From the NCBI GenBank assembly GCA_963745855.1, contig CAVUZR010000021.1, forward strand, positions 851 to 64,850: 64,000 nucleotides of DNA, read 5' to 3'. This document shows, one piece after another, positions 1-10,084 of this stretch (positions are counted from its first letter, which is position 1; each line of letters opens with the position of its first letter). The position numbers and the translations under genes are program-made. The notes beneath the pieces are model-generated. The model saw only the letters and a list, made by a program, of their open reading frames with translations, made no database searches and had not been told where the DNA came from. This DNA is from an uncultured Alphaproteobacteria bacterium (lineage in GTDB: Bacteria > Pseudomonadota > Alphaproteobacteria > Rhizobiales > Methyloligellaceae).

Positions 1-362
1 TTGAAGATTGGTGTGCGCTTTCTTGCCTTGATGGCTTGCGCTTTGGGTGGATTTGTCACTATATACGAGTACTCCTTAAACCTATTCGCCGCTCTCCCTG
101 CCAGGGGTGGGCGGCTTTTCTTTGCCAGCCCAGACGGCATATTCAACCAATTAGCCTATTCGTCTTCAATGTCCGAGAGCGTCGTGCCGCTGTCCACAAC
201 GAAGTCGGCGCGGGAGATTTTTCCTCACGGCGCCGGCTGTAGTGGACGAATCAGCGCTCTCATAAGAATCAGCATAGTCAAAACGTGGCAGGGGGCTAGA
301 GCGGGCGCCTGTGAACAGCGGGGAGAAGCGTATTTCGCCAACAACGGGCGAAACGGGGTAGC

Positions 363-596
363 TCAGCGCTTCCACAGCCTCACCCCTGGCTTGCGGCCAT
401 TGGTAAATTCCACACCAGCCTTCTCTAGCGCCTTCTTGATTGCTGCCAGAGTCTCAGGGCGACCCCCGGACTTACCTAGCTCAATGGCGCTGACGGTGTT
501 CCAGTGAAGGCCGGTGCAATTGGAGGTGTCAATCGCCTGGTCGAGCACCTTGAGGGCGACGCTCTTTCTCTTGTAGCCGCTCACCGATGGCAACAA
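363..596 (-). CDS. XRE-type helix-turn-helix DNA-binding protein (short)
   Basis: 77-aa ORF. Its central and C-terminal part (..NTVSAIELGKSGG..TLAAIKKALEKAGVEF..PGVRL) parallels the XRE repressor at 54548-54790 (..NTVSRFENGMG..TLKQIQLALEAAGIIF..PGIRL). Confidence 0.5.
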   Translation of the reverse strand: MLPSVSGYKRKSVALKVLDQAIDTSNCTGLHWNTVSAIELGKSGGRPETLAAIKKALEKAGVEFTNGRKPGVRLWKR

Positions 597-913
597 AGAT
601 GCGAGGCGCTTCGGGCTACCCTCTCGAACTTTGTGACGACGAGACTGTCGCCTTCCCTTGCATTAGTGCCGGCAGGGTTCGGCTCGTCCAACGTGCCTTG
701 TGGTATCACCCATCAAGGCAAAGATGTGCATTACATGAATAGGGAACATGGATTTCCACGTCATACCGCGCGCGGAATGACGGGATGCACATCGCGGGCG
801 ACCCACTGTGCAATCAGCGCTCGCACTAAAACAATTAAGAATAGAATGGAAAGGGTGACTGGAAAATCAAGGGCGGCTCAGATCAAGTCGCTCAAAGCTC
901 TGGCTGCGAGAAG

Positions 914-1768
914 GTGTTCGCCGAACAGGTCTCATCGACAGCCGAGCGGGAGCAGTTTGAGTACGCGCTTGAGTATCCCGAGCCTCTTTCTGGAGTTACT
1001 CTAATGGACAGTTTTGCCCCGAAATATCTTGAGACGCAGTATTGGCCTCAGACCATTGTGGAAATCGTTTCCGACGCACATGCGATCGGCTGGTCGTCTG
1101 AAGAGATGCAGCAACTTTGGAAGGTTCACGTTCTAATGGCGCGACTTTTCTCCGGTCGGTATCGGGGGTCTGGACGGCCTTTCATCAACCATTTGGCCGG
1201 GACGGCGGCGCTCGCCTTGCGCCACGGCGGTGGCGTGACCGAGGTGCTTGCCGGTTATGGCCACGCGGCTTATGAACAAGGTGAATTCGGAAGGGCGCGG
1301 CAGGGTGCCTCAAAGGCCAATCAAAGGGAACTTCGCACGGCCGTGGGCGATGCCGCCGAAGCCATCATCGCCGATTATGCCGGGTTCGACTGGAACGGGA
1401 TCGCCGTGCGCCGGAACACCGGCGAGGTCCTGGCCCTGTCCGGCCACGAGAAACAGCTCCTGTTTCTCCATATCGTCAATGAGCTGGACGACTCCTTCGA
1501 CTGCGGTGTTTATGACGCCGAGTGGTGCGAAGGGTGCCTCAGCCGTTTGGCAGCTGGTGCCGAATTCGCAAATGCTCTGGCGTACAAGGGTCTCGCGGAT
1601 CAGCTGAACGCCCGCATCAGCTACGTCCGGTCCAGCGGACTGGCCTCAACAAAAGGCGGCAGGCCAAAACGGTCCGAGACAATCCTGAACCCATCCAGCA
1701 AGCCGAGATACCTCCTGAAACTCAAGCGCAGGATTGTGCGTCTCTCGGATAAGCTGCGCAGCAACTAG
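914..1768 (+). CDS. hypothetical protein (alternative ATG start at 1004)
   Basis: Long ORF with coding-like composition and no recognisable motif. GTG at 914, or ATG at 1004 (MDSFAPKY). Confidence 0.45.
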   Translation: MFAEQVSSTAEREQFEYALEYPEPLSGVTLMDSFAPKYLETQYWPQTIVEIVSDAHAIGWSSEEMQQLWKVHVLMARLFSGRYRGSGRPFINHLAGTAALALRHGGGVTEVLAGYGHAAYEQGEFGRARQGASKANQRELRTAVGDAAEAIIADYAGFDWNGIAVRRNTGEVLALSGHEKQLLFLHIVNELDDSFDCGVYDAEWCEGCLSRLAAGAEFANALAYKGLADQLNARISYVRSSGLASTKGGRPKRSETILNPSSKPRYLLKLKRRIVRLSDKLRSN

Positions 1769-1780
1769 ATTTCCAGCGGG

Positions 1781-2810
1781 TCAGGCCAATTCAATTCCCG
1801 CTTTTTCCAAACCGTCCACGGGTGGCTTCGGCAGGACCAACGGTGCCTCATCATCGGGCTGCTTCGTGTCCAGGCTCAGAATATGCGGTTGATAGAATTT
1901 CAGAAGAGCCCGCTTAATCTTAGGCCGGTTCAACTGTTTGGGCAGACGCGGCAATCTGGTGAACATCGCGCGCTCGCGATGCAAGCGTACCCATCCAGAT
2001 CGCGACTCGGAAAGGTCTTTGTAAACGCCCCAGTTTTCCGCAAAGACGCGGTCAGAGGTTTCTGCCCGGTGCAGGGCCCAGCGAAACAAAAAATAGGGCC
2101 AGTCCTCATCCTCGAACCTCACAAACGCCCGATACATGACCCGTGCGCTTGGTTCGAATGTCAGGCGCCCACCCGCGATCATGAGGCGCAGAGAGCTGTC
2201 GAGATGTTCGTGCATGATAAGCCGCTCATCATGGCCGCCAACGGCACGCATGGCCTCTGCGTCCACAAGCACGCAATGGTATTCGAAATTCTTGTGATCG
2301 AGAGGTGCTTTGCCAAATTTATCCGCTTCGGCCTCGGGCAGCCGGACATTGTCGTAATGATGTACTTCGAAAAGCACCCTGCGGTCGGCACTATCTTTGC
2401 GAAACACAAATGACCCGCCGGCGTGGTGGATCATTCGGTGGGTCGCTAGGGCCGATGAAAATGAGCGGGGCAACTGCGGCCGAGCCGTTCGCCTCGGCAT
2501 TCTCGACCAATGCATCCAACCAGCCTGGCCAATAGTCGAGATCATTGTCGCAGAAGGCGACGTATTTGGTTTCGACGCGATCAAGAGCGATGTTCCGGGC
2601 CTTGTTGGGAAGCGTGAAATCCTCGCACTCGACAAGCTCGAAAGGCCGCTCGGCACACAGCGCATAGAGCTCTTTCCGAATGTGCTCAGGTGCGCCGCCA
2701 TCGACGACAATAACAGGCACGTTTTCATCTATCGTCTTGAACAACGATCGCAATGAATGGGGAAGTTGGCGGAATCTCTCTCGCGGAACAACGGCCACCG
2801 ATGCTTTCAT
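1781..2810 (-). pseudogene. family 2 glycosyltransferase, split by a frameshift near 2410-2440
   Basis: ORF 2391-2810 gives a GT2 N-terminus (VAVVPRERF..VIVVDGGAP..AFCDNDLDYWPGWLDAL). ORF 1781-2728 continues the same protein from ..MIHHAGGSFVF.. in another frame. Confidence 0.65.
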
Positions 2811-2822
2811 AGCCTCCTCCGA

Positions 2823-3398
2823 CTAACCTATTCCTGCCACTCCCCCACCGGCGATTAGATTCCCGGGCGGGTCGCTCTGACCTTTTTGAAATGGTTTTCC
2901 AATCGTTATGCTGTTCCTGTCGAGACCGCCGATCGTCCGCTCGAGCCTCCCCTGGCGGTGCAGCCAGTACGCGTAGGGCACAACTGCGAGGAGCTCGAAA
3001 CCGAACTCCCCGAAGTACTGGGTCTGCCGGCTTAGCAGCTCCCAGCACGGGGCGCCCGTCTCTTTCGCCAGCATCTCGGCCAGAGCGAAGTCCTTCGTCG
3101 AGAAACAGGCGATGCTCTCGATCTGCCCGGCTCGCACACACCTGAGCAGCTCCACAGCCCGGGCGAGAGCCCCGTTCTGTGCTCCCCCCGTACCGAGGCA
3201 CGCGATGAGAAGCCTGATGCGATCGCTAACTGAGATCGGCTCCGCCAGAAAGGCCAGTAGTTTGGCGACGAAGTTCCGCCAGCCGTTCCAATCGCCGATC
3301 ACGTTCCAAACCGCCAGTTCGTCCTGGCCCCCTCCTATCGCCTCTGGGTCGCACCTCCTCGACAGATCGGCGAAGCGCTCGAGAACCGCAACCTTCAT
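2823..3398 (-). CDS. hypothetical protein in polysaccharide locus
   Basis: 191-aa ORF tightly packed between the two glycosyltransferase-like genes. No motif recognised. Confidence 0.4.
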   Translation of the reverse strand: MKVAVLERFADLSRRCDPEAIGGGQDELAVWNVIGDWNGWRNFVAKLLAFLAEPISVSDRIRLLIACLGTGGAQNGALARAVELLRCVRAGQIESIACFSTKDFALAEMLAKETGAPCWELLSRQTQYFGEFGFELLAVVPYAYWLHRQGRLERTIGGLDRNSITIGKPFQKGQSDPPGNLIAGGGVAGIG

Positions 3399-3495
3399 GG
3401 CAAAATCTCCCCTGCGCCCCCCTGGCGGCCCAACTCTCCAACGATCGCAGAGCTAGGCGCGGGTAGCCTTCTTACCGCCGCCAACATCGAGGACC

Positions 3496-4809
3496 TCACG
3501 CACGCGGTTGAAGTATCCGAAGCGCCCTCTGCCCGGCCCGGAACCAGGCGCCAGCAACCGCGCGGACCCGGTCAACGCTACGCGCTGGCGGGACACCCCA
3601 GCCGAAGGAGATGATCCGTCGGCGGTCGGTTGTAAGAAAGCGCGAGCGCACGGCGTGTCCCCGCGCAAAATACTCCGTTCGTGCCCGGTCGAGGACCCCG
3701 ACCAGCGAATCGATCATCGCGTCGAAGGAGTATCGACTTCGTTCCCGCCTTGCGCTCGCCGCACCCGCGCGCGACCTCCGCTCTGACTCTAGCTGCTCCC
3801 GCAACGCGCCGTAGTCTCCATCCAGGTCGATGGCGACTCCGAGTCGATGGGGCTCCGTATAGCGATAGAAGCCCGGACGCCGATCGGTGATAATTGGGAT
3901 TCCGGCGAGAACATAGGTCGACAACCTGTTCGGGATCGCGGCGCTATTTTCCAGCGGCTTCCAACGAAACGGGGTTCCAATGTACGACCAGCCCGCATCG
4001 TATCGGGAGAACTCGCGCACCCACTGTGACTTCGTCCGCTGCACCTCTGCCCAATTCGCGCCGATCGTTTGCAGCGAGGAGTGGACGTGGACGTAACGGC
4101 ATAGTCTCGTCGCCTCGTCTCCAATCGCTTTAAATGGGTCGTCGTAGTTGTTGTTGTAGATGTGGACGTGGATGCCATGGCGCGCTGCAGCGAGATAGTC
4201 GATGCCGAACGGTCGGCCGATGCACACTGTGTGGATCTCTCCGTCCGAGTCGGACAGGCGCGGCGCGAAGTCGTCGTTCATGAACTCTTCCTTCGGCCGG
4301 TCGCTGTCCATAAACGCGATGACCTGGCACGCGCGGAACCCGTCGAGCCCGCAACCGCCGCGGGATGCCCGTTCCGTAAAGTAGACGAACTTCTCGCGGT
4401 TGCAGAAGATGTGGGCGTCGAGAGCGCGAGCGACATCTGGATCGAGCTGGTGGATGTCGAAGCCCCAATGCCGGACGATCGGCGCATCGAAGGCTCCCCG
4501 CTGCCGCTCGCACAGGAGGGCACGGAGCAGGGTGGAGATGTCGTGCTCGATGGCGCCATTCGTGGCGGCGAATAATCGCGGGTCATATTCTTGAAAAAGA
4601 CCGTAGATGCAGTCGATCTTCTGCTCCCGGATCGTGCGCGGCGCGTCGTTCAGAGTGATCTCCTGAACAAAGCCATCGAGAACCGGATACGGGCCCTGGT
4701 CCCAGGCCATGCTTCTCGACCACAATCCCCAGAGGCGGTGGCCCCTCTCGTGCAGGCTTCGAACCCGCTCGGGGTTCCAGGAGAGAGCTCCAACAAGTAG
4801 TATTCTCAC
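3496..4809 (-). CDS. glycosyltransferase-like protein (GT-B type, tentative)
   Basis: 437-aa ORF. The N-terminus MRILLVGALS.. and the C-terminal ..YVLAGIPIITDRRPG.. resemble GT1/GT4 enzymes; the context is a sugar-modification locus. Confidence 0.5.
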   Translation of the reverse strand: MRILLVGALSWNPERVRSLHERGHRLWGLWSRSMAWDQGPYPVLDGFVQEITLNDAPRTIREQKIDCIYGLFQEYDPRLFAATNGAIEHDISTLLRALLCERQRGAFDAPIVRHWGFDIHQLDPDVARALDAHIFCNREKFVYFTERASRGGCGLDGFRACQVIAFMDSDRPKEEFMNDDFAPRLSDSDGEIHTVCIGRPFGIDYLAAARHGIHVHIYNNNYDDPFKAIGDEATRLCRYVHVHSSLQTIGANWAEVQRTKSQWVREFSRYDAGWSYIGTPFRWKPLENSAAIPNRLSTYVLAGIPIITDRRPGFYRYTEPHRLGVAIDLDGDYGALREQLESERRSRAGAASARRERSRYSFDAMIDSLVGVLDRARTEYFARGHAVRSRFLTTDRRRIISFGWGVPPARSVDRVRAVAGAWFRAGQRALRILQPRA

Positions 4810-4850
4810 GTCGTTGCGCGCTCTAGTGGGTCGGGGGAATTGGAAACCGG

Positions 4851-6082
4851 ATGGACATCATCATCGTCGGCGCTGGATTCGCCGGAACCTGCGCTGCCAC
4901 GTTGCTGCGCGAGCAACTCGATGCCCGCGTTACGCTGCTCGAGCGGCACGAGGTTCCAGGCGGAATGCTTCGGACACTGTACACGAAAGAGGGTCTTTCC
5001 TACGAGTACGGGCCGCGGGTAGTCAGCGTTTTCCGGGGCACGCAGGAGATCATTCCGTTCCTGAGACGCTTCGTCAATCTTGAGGAGAGACTGATCTACC
5101 AGGGAACGCGCCTCCGACCGGAATATCCGATCATCCCTTTTCCCGTCGATCACGAGAGCCTCCGTCAGCTTCCCTGTGGGGAACAGATCGAACGCGAGCT
5201 GGCCGAGATCGAACGGGCAAAGTCGCCTCCCGCAGAGGGGAATCTCCGCGACTACCTCGAATCGACGGTCGGGGCCACCCTAACGGCGCTCGCGTTCGAC
5301 GGTTTCAACGAGAAGTTCTGGGGACTCCGGCTCGAGCAGATGCCCGCTGTTTGGGGCAAGCTCCGCCGACTTGAGCGGATCGCCGAGGTGGGCGCGTTTC
5401 GTCTTCCAAGCGATGCCCCGCACTTCTACCCGATCGGTGGCTTTAACCCAATCTTCGAAAAGATGCTAGATTGGGGTTGACGTTCGATACAACGTCATCG
5501 TCCATCACATCGACGTGAAGGCGAGCCAGCCGCAAGTTGTTACGGACGAGGGTAGGATTTCGGCCGATCTTGTCATTGTCACCGCCCCGATCGATGCCAT
5601 CTTTGGTTTTTGTCACGGACCTCTCGAGTGGAGAGGGTATCGCGTTGAAGTCGAAACTGTCAGTGACGCGGACGGCACCAGGCTCGGGGAGGCGCCGGAC
5701 GGCGTGCCCTTTGCGTGGGTGTACACGCCTTGGGCGGAAACACCGGTCTGTCGCACGACTGATTTCGGGGTGATCCATCACGGCCATCGCGAGTCGGATC
5801 GGCCCGACTTCACACGTCGTTTTACGCGAGATCGTTGATGATGGTGTGCGCATGTATCCGGTTTGGTGGGAAAATGACCGCTTCTACAAGTACCTCTCGA
5901 TGGCGACTAGTGTGCCCGGAGTGATTCCGTTGGGGCGGCTCGGTCTTTACAAGTACATCACGATGGACACCACCTACTCCATGGCATCGCGACTTCTGAG
6001 CTCTCTCGAGCGATACCTGGGCGCCAATGCAGGCGAACGCTTCGAGATCCTTCGGCACGTGCGGGGGGACTGGAGCGAGTGA
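4851..6082 (+). pseudogene. glf: UDP-galactopyranose mutase-like flavoprotein, two frameshifts (near 5470 and 5835)
   Basis: Three consecutive ORFs in different frames (4851-5480, 5515-5838, 5846-6082). They carry an N-terminal FAD fold (IIIVGAGFAG), a middle part, and a C-terminal ..GRLGLYKYITMD.. typical of UGM. The first shift lies at GATTGGGG, the second near a T4 run. Confidence 0.65.
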
Positions 6083-6173
6083 CTTGGACTACGGAAGGCA
6101 AATCGTGCCGCAGGCCAAACTGATCGCGGCGAGTAGCTTGCTAGCGAGAGCCGCGTCGCGTACGCGAAGTAAT

Positions 6174-6962
6174 ATGCCTGCCATAGCCATTCGGAAGCTA
6201 AAGCGCCTAGCTTGGCCTGCCTATAACCGGTTTTGGACATCAAGATGCGATAAAAAGCTCGCGTTAGTATTAGACAGGATCGCTGCTGCGGATTTAGACG
6301 ACCTGCGAAGACTGGAGTTTGTGGAAGGGCTGATACAACACATTGGTTTGGTGAAAGACAAAAGACAAATATACGGCGACGATGAAACGTATATGAATCC
6401 AATTCCGCGCGGCTTGCACCAAATTCCCAAGCAACTCGCCGAGTTTGCAATCTTTCTATCACAAGAAAGGGTGGGGAGTTTTTTGGAAATTGGCACCTAC
6501 ACCGGCCACACATTCACGTTCTTGATGGCATATCTTTCGAGATTTAATCAGAATCTTATTGGTATCACTTTGGACATTTGGGACCACAACCCTGTCCAGC
6601 AGCTATGGAAAGGCAGATTCGACGCTCGCTTCGTCAAGGAGCGCAGCCAGGATTTCGCAACTCGCGTTTTTGATTTCTGCTTTATCGATGGGGACCACAG
6701 CTACGATGCGGTTTCCGCCGACTTTGCCAATATTGGGCGAAATTCGAAGATCTGCGCGTTCCACGATGTCAACGACGCTATTGTGGAGAGCTGGCCCGGT
6801 AACGCGGGCGGTGTTCCGAGATTTTGGGAGCAATTGAAAGGCAGCGCCGACGACTGGAAATTTAGCGAGTTTACGTACCATTCAAGAGACAATCGTGTGA
6901 TGGGCATAGGCGTAGCGACCCATAGAGACCGAGTCACCGGACGGCCTCGACCCATTCGTTGA
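6174..6962 (+). CDS. class I SAM-dependent methyltransferase (tentative)
   Basis: Carries ..FLEIGTYTGHT.. (glycine-rich SAM motif) and ..FIDGDHSYD.. The segment is visibly AT-richer than its neighbours. The start could also be GTG at 6105. Confidence 0.5.
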   Translation: MPAIAIRKLKRLAWPAYNRFWTSRCDKKLALVLDRIAAADLDDLRRLEFVEGLIQHIGLVKDKRQIYGDDETYMNPIPRGLHQIPKQLAEFAIFLSQERVGSFLEIGTYTGHTFTFLMAYLSRFNQNLIGITLDIWDHNPVQQLWKGRFDARFVKERSQDFATRVFDFCFIDGDHSYDAVSADFANIGRNSKICAFHDVNDAIVESWPGNAGGVPRFWEQLKGSADDWKFSEFTYHSRDNRVMGIGVATHRDRVTGRPRPIR

Positions 6963-7039
6963 ACAGCGCCACGGCTCCCTCTTCGCAGATAAGCGCGTGC
7001 GCACCAATGACACCGGCAAAAGGTTCATTGAGGGTCGGG

Positions 7040-7240
7040 CGGCGAGCCGATCCGCATCCACCGGGGGGTATCCGCGGCACAGAAAACGGAACTCCACCGG
7101 TTATGGACCGTCACCGTGCTTACGGCAAGGCGCCGACCTTCAACACCAATGATTCTGGCACGTTCAAGCGCGCCGTAGACATGACCGACGACGAGTTAGC
7201 CGCGATCGTAGCCAAGGCCAAGCTGTTGCTATTTCGATGA
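7040..7240 (+). pseudogene. DUF5681-like phage-type protein, C-terminal remnant
   Basis: ..RAYGKAPTFNTNDSGTFKRAVDMTDDELAAIV.. parallels ..RAYGKAPTFSTSDTQAFKRAIDMTDDELAAIV.. at 31200-31387. The N-terminal GNPGGRP part is absent. Confidence 0.4.
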
Positions 7241-7454
7241 CCAACATTTTTGGGGAGGAGGAAGTCACCCTAGAGGGCCGGTCGTCGGCTTCGGCCCGGT
7301 GCCCCTCGCACATCCTTACTGCGCAAGCCGCCGATTGGGTGGCGCGCGGTGGCTAGCCAACTCAAGCTCGGCAGCAATATCTTCCCATATTCTTCCCAAT
7401 CGGATTTCCTGGGAAGATTTTGACCGCCAGAATTGGATAACTCATTGAAAGTGC

Positions 7455-7531
7455 TGGTACCGCCGGGTGAATTCGAATCACCGACCTCTTGATCCACAGT
7501 CAAGCGCTCTAACCAACTGAGCTACGGCGGC
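7455..7531 (-). tRNA. tRNA-His (anticodon GTG)
   Basis: Hand-folded 77-nt cloverleaf: GCCGCCG/TA/GCTC-AGTTGGTTA-GAGC/G/CTTGA-CTGTGGA-TCAAG/AGGTC/GGTGA-TTCGAAT-TCACC/CGGCGGT/A/CCA. It has G1:U72, A73 and an encoded CCA, and the base at -1 is A, not G. Confidence 0.93.
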
Positions 7532-7620
7532 TCAATCTTCCAGCCTGGCCCGGAACCTATGCGCAGCCGCCAAGGCTTGCAAGCGCAAGGACCTGGCCGG
7601 GATCAGCCTACAGAGCGAGT

Positions 7621-7662
7621 CCAAAGCAAAACAAAAGGCCCGGGGTTTGAAGCCCCGGGCCT
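7621..7662 (-). terminator. rho-independent terminator downstream of the phasin gene
   Basis: GGCCCGGGG (7637-7645) pairs with CCCCGGGCC (7653-7661). On the minus strand the hairpin is followed by TTTTGTTTTGCTTTGG. Confidence 0.7.
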
Positions 7663-7703
7663 GATCCAACTAACGCACGATGGCTTCGATTGTCTCTCGC
7701 GCC

Positions 7704-8198
7704 TTAGGTCGATTTGCGAATGGTATCGAAGGAGCGGGTCATCTGCGCCTTGATCGGCGCGGTGGTATCGGCGGCGATCTTGGTGGTCAGCGCCCTGATC
7801 TCGCTCGCCTGACTCGCAAACACGTCACACTGGTGGCGGATGAAGGCCGACTGCAGCTCCACGATCTCGGCCAGGTTCTTGGCGCCGGCCAGGCTCTTGG
7901 CGAGGTCGAAGCCGGAATTGAGATTGCGCTGGGCAATATCGATGAGCTTGCGGTTGAAGGCGGTCGCGCCTTGGCCGGCGGCGTCGAACGAGCGCTCGAG
8001 CGAATCGACGGCCTCTTCCAGCGCATCCTTGCCTTTTTCGTAGGCCTCGCGGGTCTGGTTCACAGTCTTCTCGGCGAGAGCGCGTACGCTCTCTGGCACG
8101 GTGGCATCGAGGGACAATTTCTCGAACTGCTCGGCACCTTTGCGGAAGGCATCGCGCGCCTGCTCGGCAGCGGCCTGGGGAGAATAAGTCGCGTTCAT
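7704..8198 (-). CDS. phasin family (PHA granule-associated) protein
   Basis: Ala/Glu/Lys-rich helical protein with ..AFNRKLIDIAQRNLNSGFDLAKSLAGAKNLAEIVELQSAF.. ATG at 8198 is preceded by GAGAGG. Confidence 0.8.
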   Translation of the reverse strand: MNATYSPQAAAEQARDAFRKGAEQFEKLSLDATVPESVRALAEKTVNQTREAYEKGKDALEEAVDSLERSFDAAGQGATAFNRKLIDIAQRNLNSGFDLAKSLAGAKNLAEIVELQSAFIRHQCDVFASQASEIRALTTKIAADTTAPIKAQMTRSFDTIRKST

Positions 8199-8532
8199 GT
8201 CTTTACCTCTCGGCTTGGGGGGCATCGCATCCTCTTCGCGCGGCCGGTTTGGGGGAAACCGGGTCCGCTGTCTTATGCTGCATCGCAATAATAATTGCTG
8301 CGCTGCGAAATGACAAGTGGTCGCAGGTGGCTACGACGACTTTATTTTTTCCTGCTTGAGAATTCGGGGGCAGTGCGCTTTCGAGCTTATGAAATGCATC
8401 TGATTCGCCTAAGTTTAGTGGATGAGTTGATTCGGCGGCGCGAATCCTAGTTCAGAGGCGGCAGTGGGCGTTTGGGCCCCTGTGCCCAAGAAAGACCCAT
8501 TGGCAGCTCCACTTGGCCCGGCAAGCTCCTCA

Positions 8533-9790
8533 ATGACCGATCCCATACAGCTGAGGCCCAAAGGCGACGTGCAGTCGGACCGCGAGGCGCTCGAGCACAT
8601 CGCGCGCGCGATGCAGGGGCGCGTGCTGCGCGGACCTGGGTCGCTATCGCCTGCTGGGGCGCTTGGGCTCGATACGCTGGCCTTGAGCCGCGCAAGCATC
8701 GAGGCCCTGCTCGAGGCGATGCCGGTGGCGATCGGCATTCTCGCCCATGGCGACCTCGTGCACGCCAATGCCGCCTTCGCCTATGCCTTTGGCTACCGCT
8801 CCTTCGACGAGCTCGCCATAGCTGGCGGGCTCGCGGCCATCGTCCCAGGCGGCGCGGCGCTGCTGAATGAAGGCGCGGAGACGAGCCGAGAGCGCACGCG
8901 TTGCCGTCGAGGTTCTGACTCGCGGCCGCCGGCGCCTCAAGATCAGCTTCGAGGTGAGGTCGCTCGCCGGCGAGCTCGAGCTGATCCGCCTCATGGACGG
9001 CGCGATAGCAGAGCCGGAAGTATCTGCCGCGACCGAAGCCCCTCTTGCCGTTGACCCTGAGGCCGCGGACCCCGGTGCCGCGGCGGCGATGCGACGGCTC
9101 GATTTCCTCGCCAAGGTGAGTCACGAGGTGCGCACCCCTTTGAACTCGATCCTAGGCTTCACCGAATTGATGCTGGAGGAGCGGCTCGGCGCCATCGGCA
9201 ATGCGCGCTATAAAGGCTATGTTGAGGATATCCATCAAAGCGGACTCTACGCGTTGAGCCTGCTGAACGATCTCCTCGACATTTCCAAGATCGATGCCGG
9301 AAAGTTCGACCTCGACTTCACCGTGGTGGACGTTCCAGAGCTGGTCGAGGCATGCGTCAACAGCCTGCAACCGCTCGCCAAGCGCGAGCGCATCCTGCTG
9401 CGGACTTCGCTTGCTCCAAACCTGCCAGCGGTCATCGCCGACCGGCGGCGGCTGAAGCAGATCCTGCTCAACCTTCTGTCCAACGCCATCAAGTTCACCA
9501 ATGCCGGCGGCCAAGTGATCGTCTCGGCGCGGTTGATCGACGGCGAAGATCTCAGATTGCGCGTGCACGATAGCGGCGTGGGCATGACCAAAGACGAAGT
9601 GTCCGCCGCCATGCAGCCCTTCCACCAGCTCGACACCGCGCCACGCAAACAGACCGGAACCGGGCTTGGGCTTCCCGTCACCAAGGCGCTCGTGGAGTCG
9701 AATCGAGCGCGGCTCCTCATCACCAGCGAGCGTCGTGCAGGCACCTCTGCCGACGTGATCTTCGCCAAGGATCGGCTCATGGCGCCGTAA
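8533..9790 (+). pseudogene. PAS-domain sensor histidine kinase, frameshift near 8865-8880
   Basis: The 8867-9790 frame has the H box (FLAKVSHEVRTPLNSILGF), N box (LLNLLSNAIKFT), G1 (DSGVGM) and G2 (GTGLGLPV). The PAS-like N-terminus (..LLEAMPVAIGILAHGDLVHANAAFAYAFGY..) is in the 8464-9054 frame. Confidence 0.7.
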
Positions 9791-9934
9791 GGACTGTGCG
9801 ACGCCCCGCCACATATCATGTGTTGCCGGCGCGAAGACTGCTTTTTCAGCAAGGACTGTTGGCCAGTTCCGGCGCAAAAAGCACTTCGCAGTAGTCTATA
9901 TTTTGCTCCTCGTGTTTTTACTTGAACTCTGAAG

Positions 9935-9951
9935 CTTAGAAGGCTTCTAAA
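9935..9951. promoter_or_regulatory. iron control element (Irr-box-like) upstream of the iron-binding protein gene
   Basis: CTTAGAAGGCTTCTAAA compared with the remembered ICE consensus TTTAGAA-N3-TTCTAAA. It is palindromic and lies about 135 nt upstream of the 10085 start. Confidence 0.6.
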
Positions 9952-10084
9952 TTTGAGAAAACCAAGACTTTATCGTTGACTTCTCTCCGGCTGACGGCTT
10001 AAGCGAGAAATGTGCATTTTTGAGTCATGAAGGCGATTGGTCCGATCCAGGGCCTGCGCCCCATGGGAATTGGAGAGGTCAGCG

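Noticed and set aside
1-507. 168-aa plus-strand ORF at the window start.
   Set aside because: It overlaps the better-supported XRE-type ORF on the opposite strand and has no motif or ribosome-binding site. It is also truncated by the window edge.
7270-7503. 77-aa ORF on the minus strand.
   Set aside because: It overlaps the tRNA-His gene and has no coding features.
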